Below are positions 1-10,112 of a DNA stretch of 64,000 bases, piece after piece. The notes beneath the pieces were generated by a model, which saw only the letters and a list, made by a program, of their open reading frames with translations, did not search any database and had not been told where the DNA came from. The stretch comes from Candidatus Abawacabacteria bacterium. Lineage in GTDB: Bacteria > Patescibacteriota > Gracilibacteria > RBG-16-42-10. Numbering within the stretch: the first letter of the stretch is position 1; every line of letters starts with the position of its first letter. The stretch is from NCBI GenBank assembly GCA_016207805.1, contig JACQZO010000020.1:35634-99633 (forward strand), in the 5' to 3' direction. The position numbers and the translations under genes were made by a program.

Positions 1-635
1 TTTGCTTGCACACTTGGAATAATATTCGGGATTTAGAATATTGTATTTATACTGCTGGCTCTAGCAATTGCTTCGGTTGTATAGGATTGAAGCGTAAGGA
101 ATATTGCATTCTCAATAAACAATATAGTAAGGAAGAATACTTCGATCTAACTGCGAAAATAAGAGAGCATATGAGAAAAAACAATACATATGGTGAGTTT
201 TTTCCACCCAGCATGAGCTATTGTCATTACAACGAATCCGAAGGAATGACTTATTGTCCCCTAACCAGAGAAGAAGCCTCAGCTCGAGGCTTTTCTTGGG
301 CAGAAGAAAAACTTACAGTGCCGCCTACTCACTCTGATTTACCTGACAACATTGCACAAGCCACTGATGAAGTCTTAACAAAGGCACATGCATGTATAAA
401 AACCGGTAAACCATATCGCTTAATCAAACAAGAATTAGATACCTATCGTGAGCGCAAAATTCCTCTACCACAAGTAGCACCCTTAGAAAGAATCAAAGAA
501 AAGCTATACCGCAATAAAATACTGCCTTTGAAGAATATTCAATGTTGTAAGTGTGGAATAAGTTTAACTAGCGTGCATAATCCAGCAGAAGAATTAGTTT
601 ATTGCGAGCAGTGTTTTGAGAATAGCCTGAGCTGA
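1..635 (+). CDS. Cys-rich zinc-ribbon/solenoid paralog 1 (5' truncated by window edge)
   Basis: Contains family motifs NCFGCIGL..KEYCILNKQYSKEEY, YGEFFP and terminal CxxC-x17-CxxC; the frame is open to the window start. Confidence 0.9.
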   Translation, partial: CLHTWNNIRDLEYCIYTAGSSNCFGCIGLKRKEYCILNKQYSKEEYFDLTAKIREHMRKNNTYGEFFPPSMSYCHYNESEGMTYCPLTREEASARGFSWAEEKLTVPPTHSDLPDNIAQATDEVLTKAHACIKTGKPYRLIKQELDTYRERKIPLPQVAPLERIKEKLYRNKILPLKNIQCCKCGISLTSVHNPAEELVYCEQCFENSLS

Positions 636-666
636 AATCTCCCCCCTTCATCTTGAGATGAAAGTT

Positions 667-696
667 TAAAAGCTAGAATCTAAAATCTAAATTAAA
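667..696. repeat. Heptamer-periodic arm TAAAAGCTAGAATCTAAAATCTAAATTAAA
   Basis: 30-nt exact match to 37861-37890; lies downstream of the paralog 1 stop. Confidence 0.85.
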
Positions 697-984
697 GCGG
701 CGAGTATCGAAAGACCTTCCAGCATATAGTTGGAAGTGTTATGAATATTCAATCAAAGAAGCTGGCTTACTTGCTTTCGTCAAAGCACATTATTTACCGA
801 GACCAGAAACGGCAGGATCCTTCCCATCGATAACACTCGGGGCAGGCACCTGCGCTGCGCTTTGTTTAGGATGAAAAGCAGGTAGATAAATGACGAACAT
901 CGGGACAAGCCTCAAAGAATTCTTGTTACTTCTAATAAATACATATACTCTTCTTCCGTCTCTAAATTCGTAACTTGGAATTTT

Positions 985-2661
985 ATGCAATGCCGTCAAT
1001 GCCAAGCTCATTATTTAGTTAGCAGTGAAGATCTCGCATTTTATGAAAGCATGTCACCAACTTTTGCTGGCAAAAAGTATCCTATACCTAACCCGACACT
1101 TTGCCCTCCATGCCGCCGCCAGAGAAGACTTTCCTTTCGTAATGAAAACAAACTCTACTCTAGAAAATGTGATCAATGCCAAAAAGACATTATTTCTATT
1201 TACTCGCCAGATAAAGAACAAGCTGTCTATTGTATGAAGTGCTGGTGGTCAGAAAAGCATGTACCCACTGACTTTGGCCGCGATTATGATTTTAACCGAC
1301 CTTTTTTTGTCCAATTAACTGAATTATTGAAAAAGACTCCCCTCCCTAATCTAATCGCTACTCCTGATGCTGAAGAAAGCAATTGCGCTTATGTGAATTG
1401 TGCTGGTCACAACAATAATTGTTATATGATCTTTGATGCTGACCATAGTGAAGATTCTCTCTATAGCAATGCTATCAAGGCCAGCAAAAATACGATTGAT
1501 TGCTCTTATATCCAGATGTCTGAGCTTTGTTATCAATGTGTAGATTGTACACAATGTTACAATCTCCTTTATAGCCAAGATTGTGCCAATTGTCGCGACA
1601 GTTATTTTTTGAAAAATTGCATTAGCTGTAATCATTGTATTCTCTGTGTCAATTTACAGCATAAAGAATATTGCATTATGAATCAGCAATATTCAAAAGA
1701 AGACTATGAACAATATGTAGCAAAGCTCAACTTGGGTAATCGTGATAGCATTCCTGCTTTATACGCAAAGCTCAAAGGTTTCGCCAAAGAGCACGCCAAC
1801 AAGTTTTTTCATGGCCATCAAGCAGAAAATAGCAGTGGAGACTATCTATATAATGTCAAAAATTGCAGACACTGCTTCATGACTACTAAAGGTGAAGATC
1901 TCACCTACTGTGACTCCTTAATTGATGCTCGTCATTCTTGTGATATTTCTTCTTTCGGTGAGAATATGGAGCGCTGCTATGAATCAAATGCAATCGGCGA
2001 CAATGTCTATGAAGTGTTTTTTTCTCAACTATGCGCTGGTAATATACGTAATGTCTATTTCAATTTAGGTTCGAGAAACAGCCATGACTGTTTTGGCTGT
2101 ATCGCACTTAAGAGCAATGAATACTGCATTCTGAACAAACAATATAGCAAAGACGACTATGAAAAAATGGTGGCACGAATCATTGAACATATGTTGAGTA
2201 CTGGTGGCTGGGGTGAAGGATTACCAATGTTTATGTCACCTTTTGGTTATAATGAAAGCATGGCCAATATATTTTTCCCCTTAACAAAAGAAGCAGCAAG
2301 CAAATTAGGCGCTAAATGGAAAGATGAAGTAGCTAATACTTCCTCTGCAGCACCAGTTACTGTGCCCGCTGATATTAAAGTAGTTACTGATACAATTATT
2401 AACGAAGTACTCACCTGCAGCAGCTGTCAGAAAAAGTACAAATTGGTAAAACAGGAATTACAATACTATCGAGACCACAATGTACCAGTGCCGATAAATT
2501 GCTTTGATTGCCGTTATCGTATGCGTTTAAGCATGCGAAATCCACAAAAACTTTGGGATAGTCACTGTCAAAAATGTGGCGTTAATTTTGAAACTAGTTA
2601 TGATCCAGCCAAGGAAGATCTGGTATATTGTGAAAAGTGCTACTTGGAAAATGTACATTAA
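985..2661 (+). CDS. Cys-rich zinc-ribbon/solenoid paralog 2
   Basis: 558 aa, full family architecture; shares PDAEExNC with paralog 13. Confidence 0.93.
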   Translation: MQCRQCQAHYLVSSEDLAFYESMSPTFAGKKYPIPNPTLCPPCRRQRRLSFRNENKLYSRKCDQCQKDIISIYSPDKEQAVYCMKCWWSEKHVPTDFGRDYDFNRPFFVQLTELLKKTPLPNLIATPDAEESNCAYVNCAGHNNNCYMIFDADHSEDSLYSNAIKASKNTIDCSYIQMSELCYQCVDCTQCYNLLYSQDCANCRDSYFLKNCISCNHCILCVNLQHKEYCIMNQQYSKEDYEQYVAKLNLGNRDSIPALYAKLKGFAKEHANKFFHGHQAENSSGDYLYNVKNCRHCFMTTKGEDLTYCDSLIDARHSCDISSFGENMERCYESNAIGDNVYEVFFSQLCAGNIRNVYFNLGSRNSHDCFGCIALKSNEYCILNKQYSKDDYEKMVARIIEHMLSTGGWGEGLPMFMSPFGYNESMANIFFPLTKEAASKLGAKWKDEVANTSSAAPVTVPADIKVVTDTIINEVLTCSSCQKKYKLVKQELQYYRDHNVPVPINCFDCRYRMRLSMRNPQKLWDSHCQKCGVNFETSYDPAKEDLVYCEKCYLENVH

Positions 2662-2723
2662 GGGCATTGGCTTAAGCAAGAATTGTTGGTATCATTAGAT
2701 GATACACAAATTAAAATCACCGT

Positions 2724-4622
2724 ATGGCACTTGAGAATGTTGGTCATAGACCAAATGATAGCGGAGAACAGAGTTTAAAATTACAGCCAGAACTTCGAGC
2801 AATAAATGCTGAGATTAGAGCCCAAGCTGCAGATGCACTTACAACAGCCCGAAGTGAATTGGCCCGAATGATTGGGGAAGGAGGCCCCTCTTCTCAACGA
2901 GACCGAGTAGGCTCTGGCACTGATCTGCGTGCAACTCCAATGACAGATGCAGAGTTGGCAAGCATGGCGAAAGCATGGTTTTTAGAACGATATATTCCAC
3001 TACGTGACAATACCACTAGAACAGCAACCTTAGAACAACTTCCTGACGCAATCCTGCCTTTATTAGAACGATTCATTGCTGCTCAGACCCCATCTAGTGG
3101 CACAAAAGATCGCATTGTATCAGCTAGTGATATGGCTAGAACGGCAACAAAGCTAACCTTAGCCTTGAAGAAAGATGTGGGAGAGCTAATGGGAGAGGAC
3201 CAACAACGACAGGCAAGAATCTCGAGACATCTCCGAGAAGTAGTAGACTATCAAATCACAACTGATAGCAAAAAAGAAGTTTCCCTAGCTTTCGAGCGAT
3301 TAAATAAACTATTGGGCAAACTAAAAGTATCAGCTCCCGAGATGGCTCAAAGACAGAAAATATTGCTTAGTCTCTTTCCTACTATTAATGATTTTAAAGG
3401 TATTATTTCACGCCTAGAAAAGCTTGCTCCAGAATCGGCTGAATACAAAGCAGCAGTAGCGACAGAGATTGAGCAATTAATGTCCATTTTACTGCCGAAG
3501 TTATATCTATTGGCTGCTACAAACAGCACAGGGAAAAAGCTCTTGGAAGACAATGGCAAGGGCTATTCTGTATCACAATATATAGAATCTATAGCTAAAC
3601 ATTTAGCTTTGGCTATTTTTCATGCACCCAAAACGGATGAATTAGATATTATTGAGATACCAGAAGCCTCAGATGAAGAACCCAAGCCGCGACAAATTCG
3701 AAGCCACCTTCGTGCACCAACAATGACTGGCCCTGTTTATACCCCACCAATACCACCGGAGGCCTTAAAAACAGGTAATGCTCATAATAAGAAAGTTGAC
3801 CGAGCCGCAACCATATCAGGACCTATATATAAGGCACCTCCACCACTTCCGCCCGAAGCCTTGAAGCAACAGGGCAGACTACAGCCAACACAAAAATTAC
3901 CAACTTACCAAGCAATCGTTGCTCAAGCTGGTCATCTAACAAATACCCCAATTATTAGAGCAACTCCGCCAGCTCTCGGACGAACACCAGTTAAACGTAA
4001 TCGCTCAGCCATTGCCGCAACAGCAGTAGCGGCAGCGGCAGCATTTGCTGCGATAGGACGCACTCCTCACTCTACTCCCTCACAAGCCGCTGAACATTCC
4101 ACCGTAACTAGACCAATACAAAGTTTAGCGCCGACACCTCCACCAAGTACTCCTGATATGGCATTTACACCTGAAAATTCTCCAAGCTCCAGTACTTTTC
4201 CTGAAGTTGCCTTCAACAGTCCTATTGCTATGGAGTTACGCAAAAGCTTAGAAGCAAGAGCAGCGGAAGAATATCTTGCGCATTGGATTGATCCTAATAG
4301 ACCAGATCGTCTTCGTCTCCGAGAAAGCATTCGCTTATTACGTGATGGTGTAATACACAAAATGTTAGCTGAACATCCGCGTATCGCAAATTTGCACTCT
4401 AGTCGCAATGGACACCCTTTGACACTAAAAATTGAACACACTGACACTCCTGGCGTATTTTTCATTAAAGTGAAAGATATGAGTAATAATAGCGAAGTAT
4501 TTTCTGAAGAAGTGGTCATTAATGTCAGCCCAACAGAATTAGTGGCTCAGAGAATGCGCTTTGAAGCAAATCAAGCTGCCCAGCAAAGAGCAAGACAACC
4601 TAATATAGATCTTTTTCGATAG
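2724..4622 (+). CDS. Orphan 632-aa protein with Pro-rich internal repeat and Ala-rich hydrophobic segment
   Basis: Long ORF; TMTGPVYTPPIPPEALK / TISGPIYKAPPPLPPEALK repeat; AIAATAVAAAAAFAAIG segment. Confidence 0.8.
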   Translation: MALENVGHRPNDSGEQSLKLQPELRAINAEIRAQAADALTTARSELARMIGEGGPSSQRDRVGSGTDLRATPMTDAELASMAKAWFLERYIPLRDNTTRTATLEQLPDAILPLLERFIAAQTPSSGTKDRIVSASDMARTATKLTLALKKDVGELMGEDQQRQARISRHLREVVDYQITTDSKKEVSLAFERLNKLLGKLKVSAPEMAQRQKILLSLFPTINDFKGIISRLEKLAPESAEYKAAVATEIEQLMSILLPKLYLLAATNSTGKKLLEDNGKGYSVSQYIESIAKHLALAIFHAPKTDELDIIEIPEASDEEPKPRQIRSHLRAPTMTGPVYTPPIPPEALKTGNAHNKKVDRAATISGPIYKAPPPLPPEALKQQGRLQPTQKLPTYQAIVAQAGHLTNTPIIRATPPALGRTPVKRNRSAIAATAVAAAAAFAAIGRTPHSTPSQAAEHSTVTRPIQSLAPTPPPSTPDMAFTPENSPSSSTFPEVAFNSPIAMELRKSLEARAAEEYLAHWIDPNRPDRLRLRESIRLLRDGVIHKMLAEHPRIANLHSSRNGHPLTLKIEHTDTPGVFFIKVKDMSNNSEVFSEEVVINVSPTELVAQRMRFEANQAAQQRARQPNIDLFR

Positions 4623-4688
4623 CGTTTAACCGCTTTTCTATCCAGAGCTGATATACTATGCTTCATATAGTACTCAGCTCTTTTTGAT

Positions 4689-6371
4689 ATGCCATCTTGC
4701 TCCCAATGCAGTGTTAGCTTCACCATCAGCGAATATGACAAAAAGTTCTATACTCAATTTATTTCTTGTCCCCAAAAAACGATTATTCCTCAGCCGGAAG
4801 CTTGTCCAGATTGTCGTAGACAAAGAAGATTAGCTTTTCGCAATGAAAGTAATTTGTACCAAAGAAAATGCGATCTCTGTAAAAAAGAGATAATCAGTAT
4901 CTACTCGGCCAAAAAGGAGTTTCCAGTATATTGCAGTTCTTGTTTTTGGAGTGATCAGTGGACACCTTTTACCTATGGCAAAGAATTCGACTTTTTTCGT
5001 CCTTTCTTTGAACAATTTAAAGAACTTTTTGATGCTGTGCCAAAGTTAAGCTTGATTTTAGCTGACAATGAAAATAGTGAATACAATAATAGCTGTGCCA
5101 ATCTCAAGAATTGTTATTTATGTTTTGATGGCGGTTTCGCTCAAGACTGTTACTATGGCGAAACATTCGATTATGTTCGGAATTGCGTAAACTTTTTGTG
5201 CTTACAACATTGCGAGCTTTGTTTTGCATGTATTAATTGTAGTAATTGCTATCATCTTTTCTATTCTCATTTCTGCCAAAATTGTTCAGATTCTTATTTT
5301 CTGCTTGATTGTATTGGCTGTAAAAATTGTTTCGGCTGCGCGAATCTCAAACAAAAGGAATATTGTTGGTTTAATGAACAACTGACCAAAGAAGAATTCG
5401 AAATGCGCAGTGCGAAGTTAGAAATGGGAAGCTTCAAAGCAGTAGAAGAGATGCACCAAAAAGTACTGGAATTTTGGCGGTCACAGCCTAAAAGAGCCTA
5501 TCGAGGCAACATGAGTGAAAATGTCACCGGAGATAATATCAACAATTGCACGAATAGCTTTGCTAATTTTGATTGTAATAATTTACAAGATTGCAATTAT
5601 TGTAATCAGGTGGTACTACCGGCCAAAGATTGTCAGGATATAGACAAATGGGGAGACAATATAGAATTGTGCTATAACAGTTCCGGAGTTGGTAACGGTG
5701 GCCAAAATGTAATAGCCAGTTACTATAGTGCATTCAATGCTAGTAATATATTCCATTCAGCTTACTGCTGGTTTAGCTGTAGTAACTTGTTTGGCTGTGT
5801 GGGGCTCAATAGACAAAAACAATACTGCATTTTGAACAAGCAATACTCTCAGGAAGCATATGAGAAGCTCATTAAGCAGATTATAGAGCACATGCAAATA
5901 AGTAAGGAGTGGACTGAATTTTTTCCTCCTCAACTATCTGCTTTTGGTTACAATGAATCCGTAGCTCAAGAATACTATCCCCTCAATAAGGATCAGGCCC
6001 TAGCTCAAGGCTTCAAATGGTCTGATGAAGAGCAAAACTTAGCACTACCCCACAACTCACAGTCAGCCGCAAATTTAGCAGACAATATCAAAGATGTTAC
6101 GGATGACATCCTCAACACAGCTGTTATTTGTAAGGAAACGCAAAAGTTGTTTCGCATCACCAAAGCCGAATTACAATTTTATCGTGCTCATAATATTCCA
6201 TTACCCCGTACCCATCCCAAGATACGCAATGCGTTTTTAAAAGCACAAAAGAATCCTCGCAAACTTTGGCAAAGACGGTGTGACAAATGTGGGCAAGAAA
6301 TCAGCAGCAGCTATTCTCCTAATAGAAAAGAATTAGTATATTGCGAAAAATGTTACACAGCAGAATTTTAG
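4689..6371 (+). CDS. Cys-rich zinc-ribbon/solenoid paralog 3
   Basis: 560 aa, family motifs; closest to paralog 8. Confidence 0.93.
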   Translation: MPSCSQCSVSFTISEYDKKFYTQFISCPQKTIIPQPEACPDCRRQRRLAFRNESNLYQRKCDLCKKEIISIYSAKKEFPVYCSSCFWSDQWTPFTYGKEFDFFRPFFEQFKELFDAVPKLSLILADNENSEYNNSCANLKNCYLCFDGGFAQDCYYGETFDYVRNCVNFLCLQHCELCFACINCSNCYHLFYSHFCQNCSDSYFLLDCIGCKNCFGCANLKQKEYCWFNEQLTKEEFEMRSAKLEMGSFKAVEEMHQKVLEFWRSQPKRAYRGNMSENVTGDNINNCTNSFANFDCNNLQDCNYCNQVVLPAKDCQDIDKWGDNIELCYNSSGVGNGGQNVIASYYSAFNASNIFHSAYCWFSCSNLFGCVGLNRQKQYCILNKQYSQEAYEKLIKQIIEHMQISKEWTEFFPPQLSAFGYNESVAQEYYPLNKDQALAQGFKWSDEEQNLALPHNSQSAANLADNIKDVTDDILNTAVICKETQKLFRITKAELQFYRAHNIPLPRTHPKIRNAFLKAQKNPRKLWQRRCDKCGQEISSSYSPNRKELVYCEKCYTAEF

Positions 6372-6391
6372 AAGTAATTGCAGCTTCACCC

Positions 6392-7270
6392 ATGTTAAAA
6401 GCGCTACACAGAATATTTAGTAAAAACAAGCACAATTACTTTCTAGAAAATACCAAGTTCACCCCTTTGGCAGAAGTGACCATATTCATTGCTATCATTT
6501 CTGCTCTCTTTGCGGGCATTTATATCCTAGAGTTTTTCTTTCAATTGAGTACATTGATTCAATTTCTTTCTGATATTGCCAGCCCAATCAAGATTTCACC
6601 AGTAGAGGAATTAGGTAGCACGTCACGACATATCAATAGTCTTTTCTTCATTAATATCAGCCTTTATTTAGGCTGGTTATTTTTTGCCTATCAAAATCTT
6701 TACTCATTAGGATTCAAAACTACTAGCACACCAAGAAATGTAGTGCTAGAGAATCTCATCCCAGTAATTAATTTGCGAGGAATATATGTATATTTAAAAG
6801 AGATCTGGCTAAACACAGTAGATAGTACACAATGGGTACTAATTAAAGCATGGTGGTTTACTGCATTACTTCTAACGGCATTAAAACTAATTGGCGGTTT
6901 CAATGCTCTCAAAGTATTGAGAACACTATCCAACTATGAGACTCAACATCTCGAAAGATATTATGAGATCGTAACCATGTTGGTACTCAGCTGTACAATA
7001 CTATTACTATCTGCATTATTCTTTGTTATTACAATCAGAATTGTAATCAAAGTAACAACATTACAAAGAAAGCGATCTCAAGTACCAAACCTACCAGTAA
7101 GCCTCGACACAAACACTATTACCGATAAAAAGTTAGCAAACAAAAAATCATTATCAATTATCAGTAAAATTATATTCTTAGTCATTGCACTACTTATTTT
7201 GACTCCCTTGCTCATTGCTTTTCACATGGTGTTTCAAGCTCTATCAGAAAAAGCTATTAGTCAATTCTAA
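6392..7270 (+). CDS. Multi-pass membrane protein, DUF4328-like
   Basis: About five hydrophobic segments; LIPVINL...LKEIW...AWW pattern; ATG 6392 avoids overlap with paralog 3. Confidence 0.7.
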   Translation: MLKALHRIFSKNKHNYFLENTKFTPLAEVTIFIAIISALFAGIYILEFFFQLSTLIQFLSDIASPIKISPVEELGSTSRHINSLFFINISLYLGWLFFAYQNLYSLGFKTTSTPRNVVLENLIPVINLRGIYVYLKEIWLNTVDSTQWVLIKAWWFTALLLTALKLIGGFNALKVLRTLSNYETQHLERYYEIVTMLVLSCTILLLSALFFVITIRIVIKVTTLQRKRSQVPNLPVSLDTNTITDKKLANKKSLSIISKIIFLVIALLILTPLLIAFHMVFQALSEKAISQF

Positions 7271-7279
7271 GTAATAATT

Positions 7280-8932
7280 ATGGAAAAAATCTGTAAAATC
7301 ACCGGCAAGCCTTTTACTATCTCCAAGGCCGAACAGGAATATTGTCGAAGTAATGACCTTCCTCTTCCTACTATTGCTCCTTATGAGCGCTTGCGACAAA
7401 TGTTTTACTTTTATAATCCGAGCTTTCTTTATAATGGAATATGTTCTTTCTCTGGCAAGCCCATGCTCAGTATTGTCCCTCCTGATAAGGGATTCAAAGT
7501 GTACGATATTGGCACTTGGATGGATGATACCGCTTGGGATCCTATGAGTTATGGTCGAGATTTTGATTTTTCGCGACCATTTTTTGCCCAGTTTGCCGAA
7601 CTTATGAAAGAAGTTCCTATTCCTAGCCGTTCCGTTGTTCTTTCCACCATGGAAAACAGCGACTATACCAATGGTGTCAGTCAGGTAAAAAATTGTTATT
7701 TAATCTTCGATTGTGATGTGGGCGAAGATTGTTATTTCTCCTATCAAATGCAACGAGTAAAAAACATCATTGATTCCATTAATGTCCGGGACTCGGAGCT
7801 TTGTTATGGCTGCAAACACATTAAAGACTGCTATAATTTACGATTTTGTGAAAATTGCGTCCATTGCTCCGATGCTACTTTTCTTTTTAATTGCCGCAAT
7901 GTCCGTAACTCTTATGGATCTACAAATTTAAGTAATAAAGAATATTGTTGGTTCAATGAACAATTAACTAAAGAAGAGTTCGAAATACGCAGCGCGAAAC
8001 TGAATTTGGGAAGTAGAAAGGAGTTAACACGAGCAAGGGAAGAGTTTGAGATCTTTAAAAAGGCTGCTTTCCTCAAAGCCGTGAATGGTCAATCTAATGA
8101 GAATTGTAGCGGTGATTATCTTAATGAATGCAAAAAGTGTACTGACACTTTTTTCTCAACCCAAGCTGAAGACTGTGAATACTGTGTCCAAGCAAATGGT
8201 GGCAAAAATTGTTATTTTTATACCACCTTCGGAAACAATGTTGAATTGGTCTACAACAGTGCTGTCTGTGGCCACAATGTCTACAATGTAAAATTTTGCT
8301 TAGGCAGCTTTGTCAATGTCCGAGATCTTGAATACTGCATGCATGTTGGCTTTGGTGCCAATAATTGTTTTGGCTGTATCGGTTTAAGAAAAAAACAGTA
8401 TTGCATCTTCAATAAACAGTATCCAAAAGAAGCATACTTTGAACTGTTAAAACGCATCAAGAACCATATGGTACTCACTGGTGAGTATGGTCAATTTTTC
8501 CCCTCAGAACTCTCCCCTTTCCACTACAATAAATCTGAAGCGTCGCTTTTCTTTCCACTCACTCGAGAAGAAGCCTTGGCGAGAGAACTGAGCTGGGAAG
8601 ATGAAATCATTGAAGAGTTTTCTACTGATTACATCATTCCCGATGACATTCGTGAAGTACCAGACAGCATACTTGAGCAAACTCTTAAATGTAGTGTTAG
8701 CGGTAAAAAGTATCGTATTATCAAACAAGAATTAGCGCTTTATCGCCATTGGCAAGTACCAATTCCGCTTATTGCTCCATTAGAAAGAATTAAGATTTCT
8801 TGCCAAGCCTTACGTCTACAAACAATAATTGAAAGACCTTGCTCACACTGCCATAAATCAATTAGAACTGCTTATAACAATCCTGAACAGAGTGTTCTTT
8901 GTGAAGAGTGCTATTCTAAGGCAATGATCTAA
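7280..8932 (+). CDS. Cys-rich zinc-ribbon/solenoid paralog 4
   Basis: 550 aa; degenerate N-terminal Zn sites (CKITG); shares STMENSDYTNGV with paralog 9. Confidence 0.93.
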   Translation: MEKICKITGKPFTISKAEQEYCRSNDLPLPTIAPYERLRQMFYFYNPSFLYNGICSFSGKPMLSIVPPDKGFKVYDIGTWMDDTAWDPMSYGRDFDFSRPFFAQFAELMKEVPIPSRSVVLSTMENSDYTNGVSQVKNCYLIFDCDVGEDCYFSYQMQRVKNIIDSINVRDSELCYGCKHIKDCYNLRFCENCVHCSDATFLFNCRNVRNSYGSTNLSNKEYCWFNEQLTKEEFEIRSAKLNLGSRKELTRAREEFEIFKKAAFLKAVNGQSNENCSGDYLNECKKCTDTFFSTQAEDCEYCVQANGGKNCYFYTTFGNNVELVYNSAVCGHNVYNVKFCLGSFVNVRDLEYCMHVGFGANNCFGCIGLRKKQYCIFNKQYPKEAYFELLKRIKNHMVLTGEYGQFFPSELSPFHYNKSEASLFFPLTREEALARELSWEDEIIEEFSTDYIIPDDIREVPDSILEQTLKCSVSGKKYRIIKQELALYRHWQVPIPLIAPLERIKISCQALRLQTIIERPCSHCHKSIRTAYNNPEQSVLCEECYSKAMI

Positions 8933-8953
8933 CAATTCTCCCCACAACTATAG

Positions 8954-9247
8954 TCAGTCTAATAACCTTCTAGCAGCAGTGAGATAAGCTTCACTATTTC
9001 TTCTAAAACCAACTTTAATGATAAACACCTCCACCTGTTGTTCCTTCACAGAATAAATCACTCGATAATCTCCCACCTTTAGTGCCCACATATTTTTCAA
9101 ACCATACTTTAATGACTTGCCATAGTGCTTAGGAGCAAAAGGCAGCTTTTTCATAATAGCTTTAAATATTCTCTTTTGGGTGGTCTTATCTAAAACACTT
9201 AAATCTTCTTTCCATACTAACTCATGAAAAGTAATCTGGTATTGCAT
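8954..9247 (-). CDS. RelE/ParE-family type II toxin
   Basis: About 97 aa, basic; GKSLKYGL..WALKVGDYRVIYSV...VGFRR pattern; directly downstream of the antitoxin. Confidence 0.88.
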   Translation of the reverse strand: MQYQITFHELVWKEDLSVLDKTTQKRIFKAIMKKLPFAPKHYGKSLKYGLKNMWALKVGDYRVIYSVKEQQVEVFIIKVGFRRNSEAYLTAARRLLD

Positions 9248-9249
9248 AA

Positions 9250-9522
9250 TCAAGAAAAGATAAGAGCCTGCATTTGCTCAGCAGAGATTTTCTTTCCCTT
9301 CTTTTTTAATCTTTCCTTGGCTAGTATGGCCAGAATAATATCCTCTAACACTTCAAGCTTCTTTTCTTTTTGTTCATAACTTTCAAAGCTTTCCATCACC
9401 CCAATAGGTTTTCCTTTTTGAGTCACTATTACTCTTTTCCCCTCAAGAGCCTTAAAAACCTTCCCCCCTTCACTTCGTAATTCACTAGTACCAACAATCA
9501 CCGCACCATCTGTTGTATACAT
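9250..9522 (-). CDS. Phd/YefM-family antitoxin
   Basis: VGTSELR...VIVTQKGKPIGVMESFESYE motif; upstream of the toxin; ATG at 9522. Confidence 0.85.
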   Translation of the reverse strand: MYTTDGAVIVGTSELRSEGGKVFKALEGKRVIVTQKGKPIGVMESFESYEQKEKKLEVLEDIILAILAKERLKKKGKKISAEQMQALIFS

Positions 9523-9558
9523 ACTAATACAGTTAAATATACAATTAGTATTATAGCA
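9521..9558 (-). promoter_or_regulatory. TA promoter: extended -10 plus inverted-repeat operator candidate
   Basis: Minus strand TGcTATAAT at 9558-9550; inverted repeat ATACTAAT (9521-9528) / ATTAGTAT (9544-9551). Confidence 0.6.
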
Positions 9559-9641
9559 CAAACGTTGACCGTAACATAATTACCAATCTCGATTGTGCTC
9601 GTTACTAGAAAAAAGTAGACTCAATTCAGAAATCTTCCTCT

Positions 9642-10100
9642 ATGCAAAAAAAATTCCTGATCGGTTTTGCCTTGGTATTTTCTGTAGGAGTCTTCGCACC
9701 TGGTTACCTGGTGTACTATATGAAGACAAATCCAGCATCAATCCCCACTCTCATACCATATTTCATTTTTGGTTTCCCCATATTGATATTTGTCTTAGTA
9801 ATTGGCTTCAATATTTGGTTCCGTAAAGGCATGAGTCCCAGTAATAAGCAAAATAGCTACCTGCTACAAAACGGGGAAAAAGCCTCAGCAAAAATTCTCA
9901 CCGTCGAGGATACCGGTATTACTCTTGATCGCCTTTACCTGGTCATTCGAATCACTATGCAAGTAATGCCTACTGGTCGAAACCCTTTCTCTAGTATCTT
10001 AGAAATACCAGTGTCTCGAGTCCAAATCCCAAGGCCTGGAGATATGGTGCAAGTACTATTTGATCCTCAAAATCCTCAGAGCATTATGCTTACTCAATAG
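9642..10100 (+). CDS. Membrane protein, two TM segments plus small beta domain (DUF3592-like)
   Basis: Two N-terminal hydrophobic helices; GEKASAKIL..EDTG and PRPGDMVQVLFDPQNP pattern. Confidence 0.7.
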   Translation: MQKKFLIGFALVFSVGVFAPGYLVYYMKTNPASIPTLIPYFIFGFPILIFVLVIGFNIWFRKGMSPSNKQNSYLLQNGEKASAKILTVEDTGITLDRLYLVIRITMQVMPTGRNPFSSILEIPVSRVQIPRPGDMVQVLFDPQNPQSIMLTQ

Positions 10101-10112
10101 CTAACTATTTTT

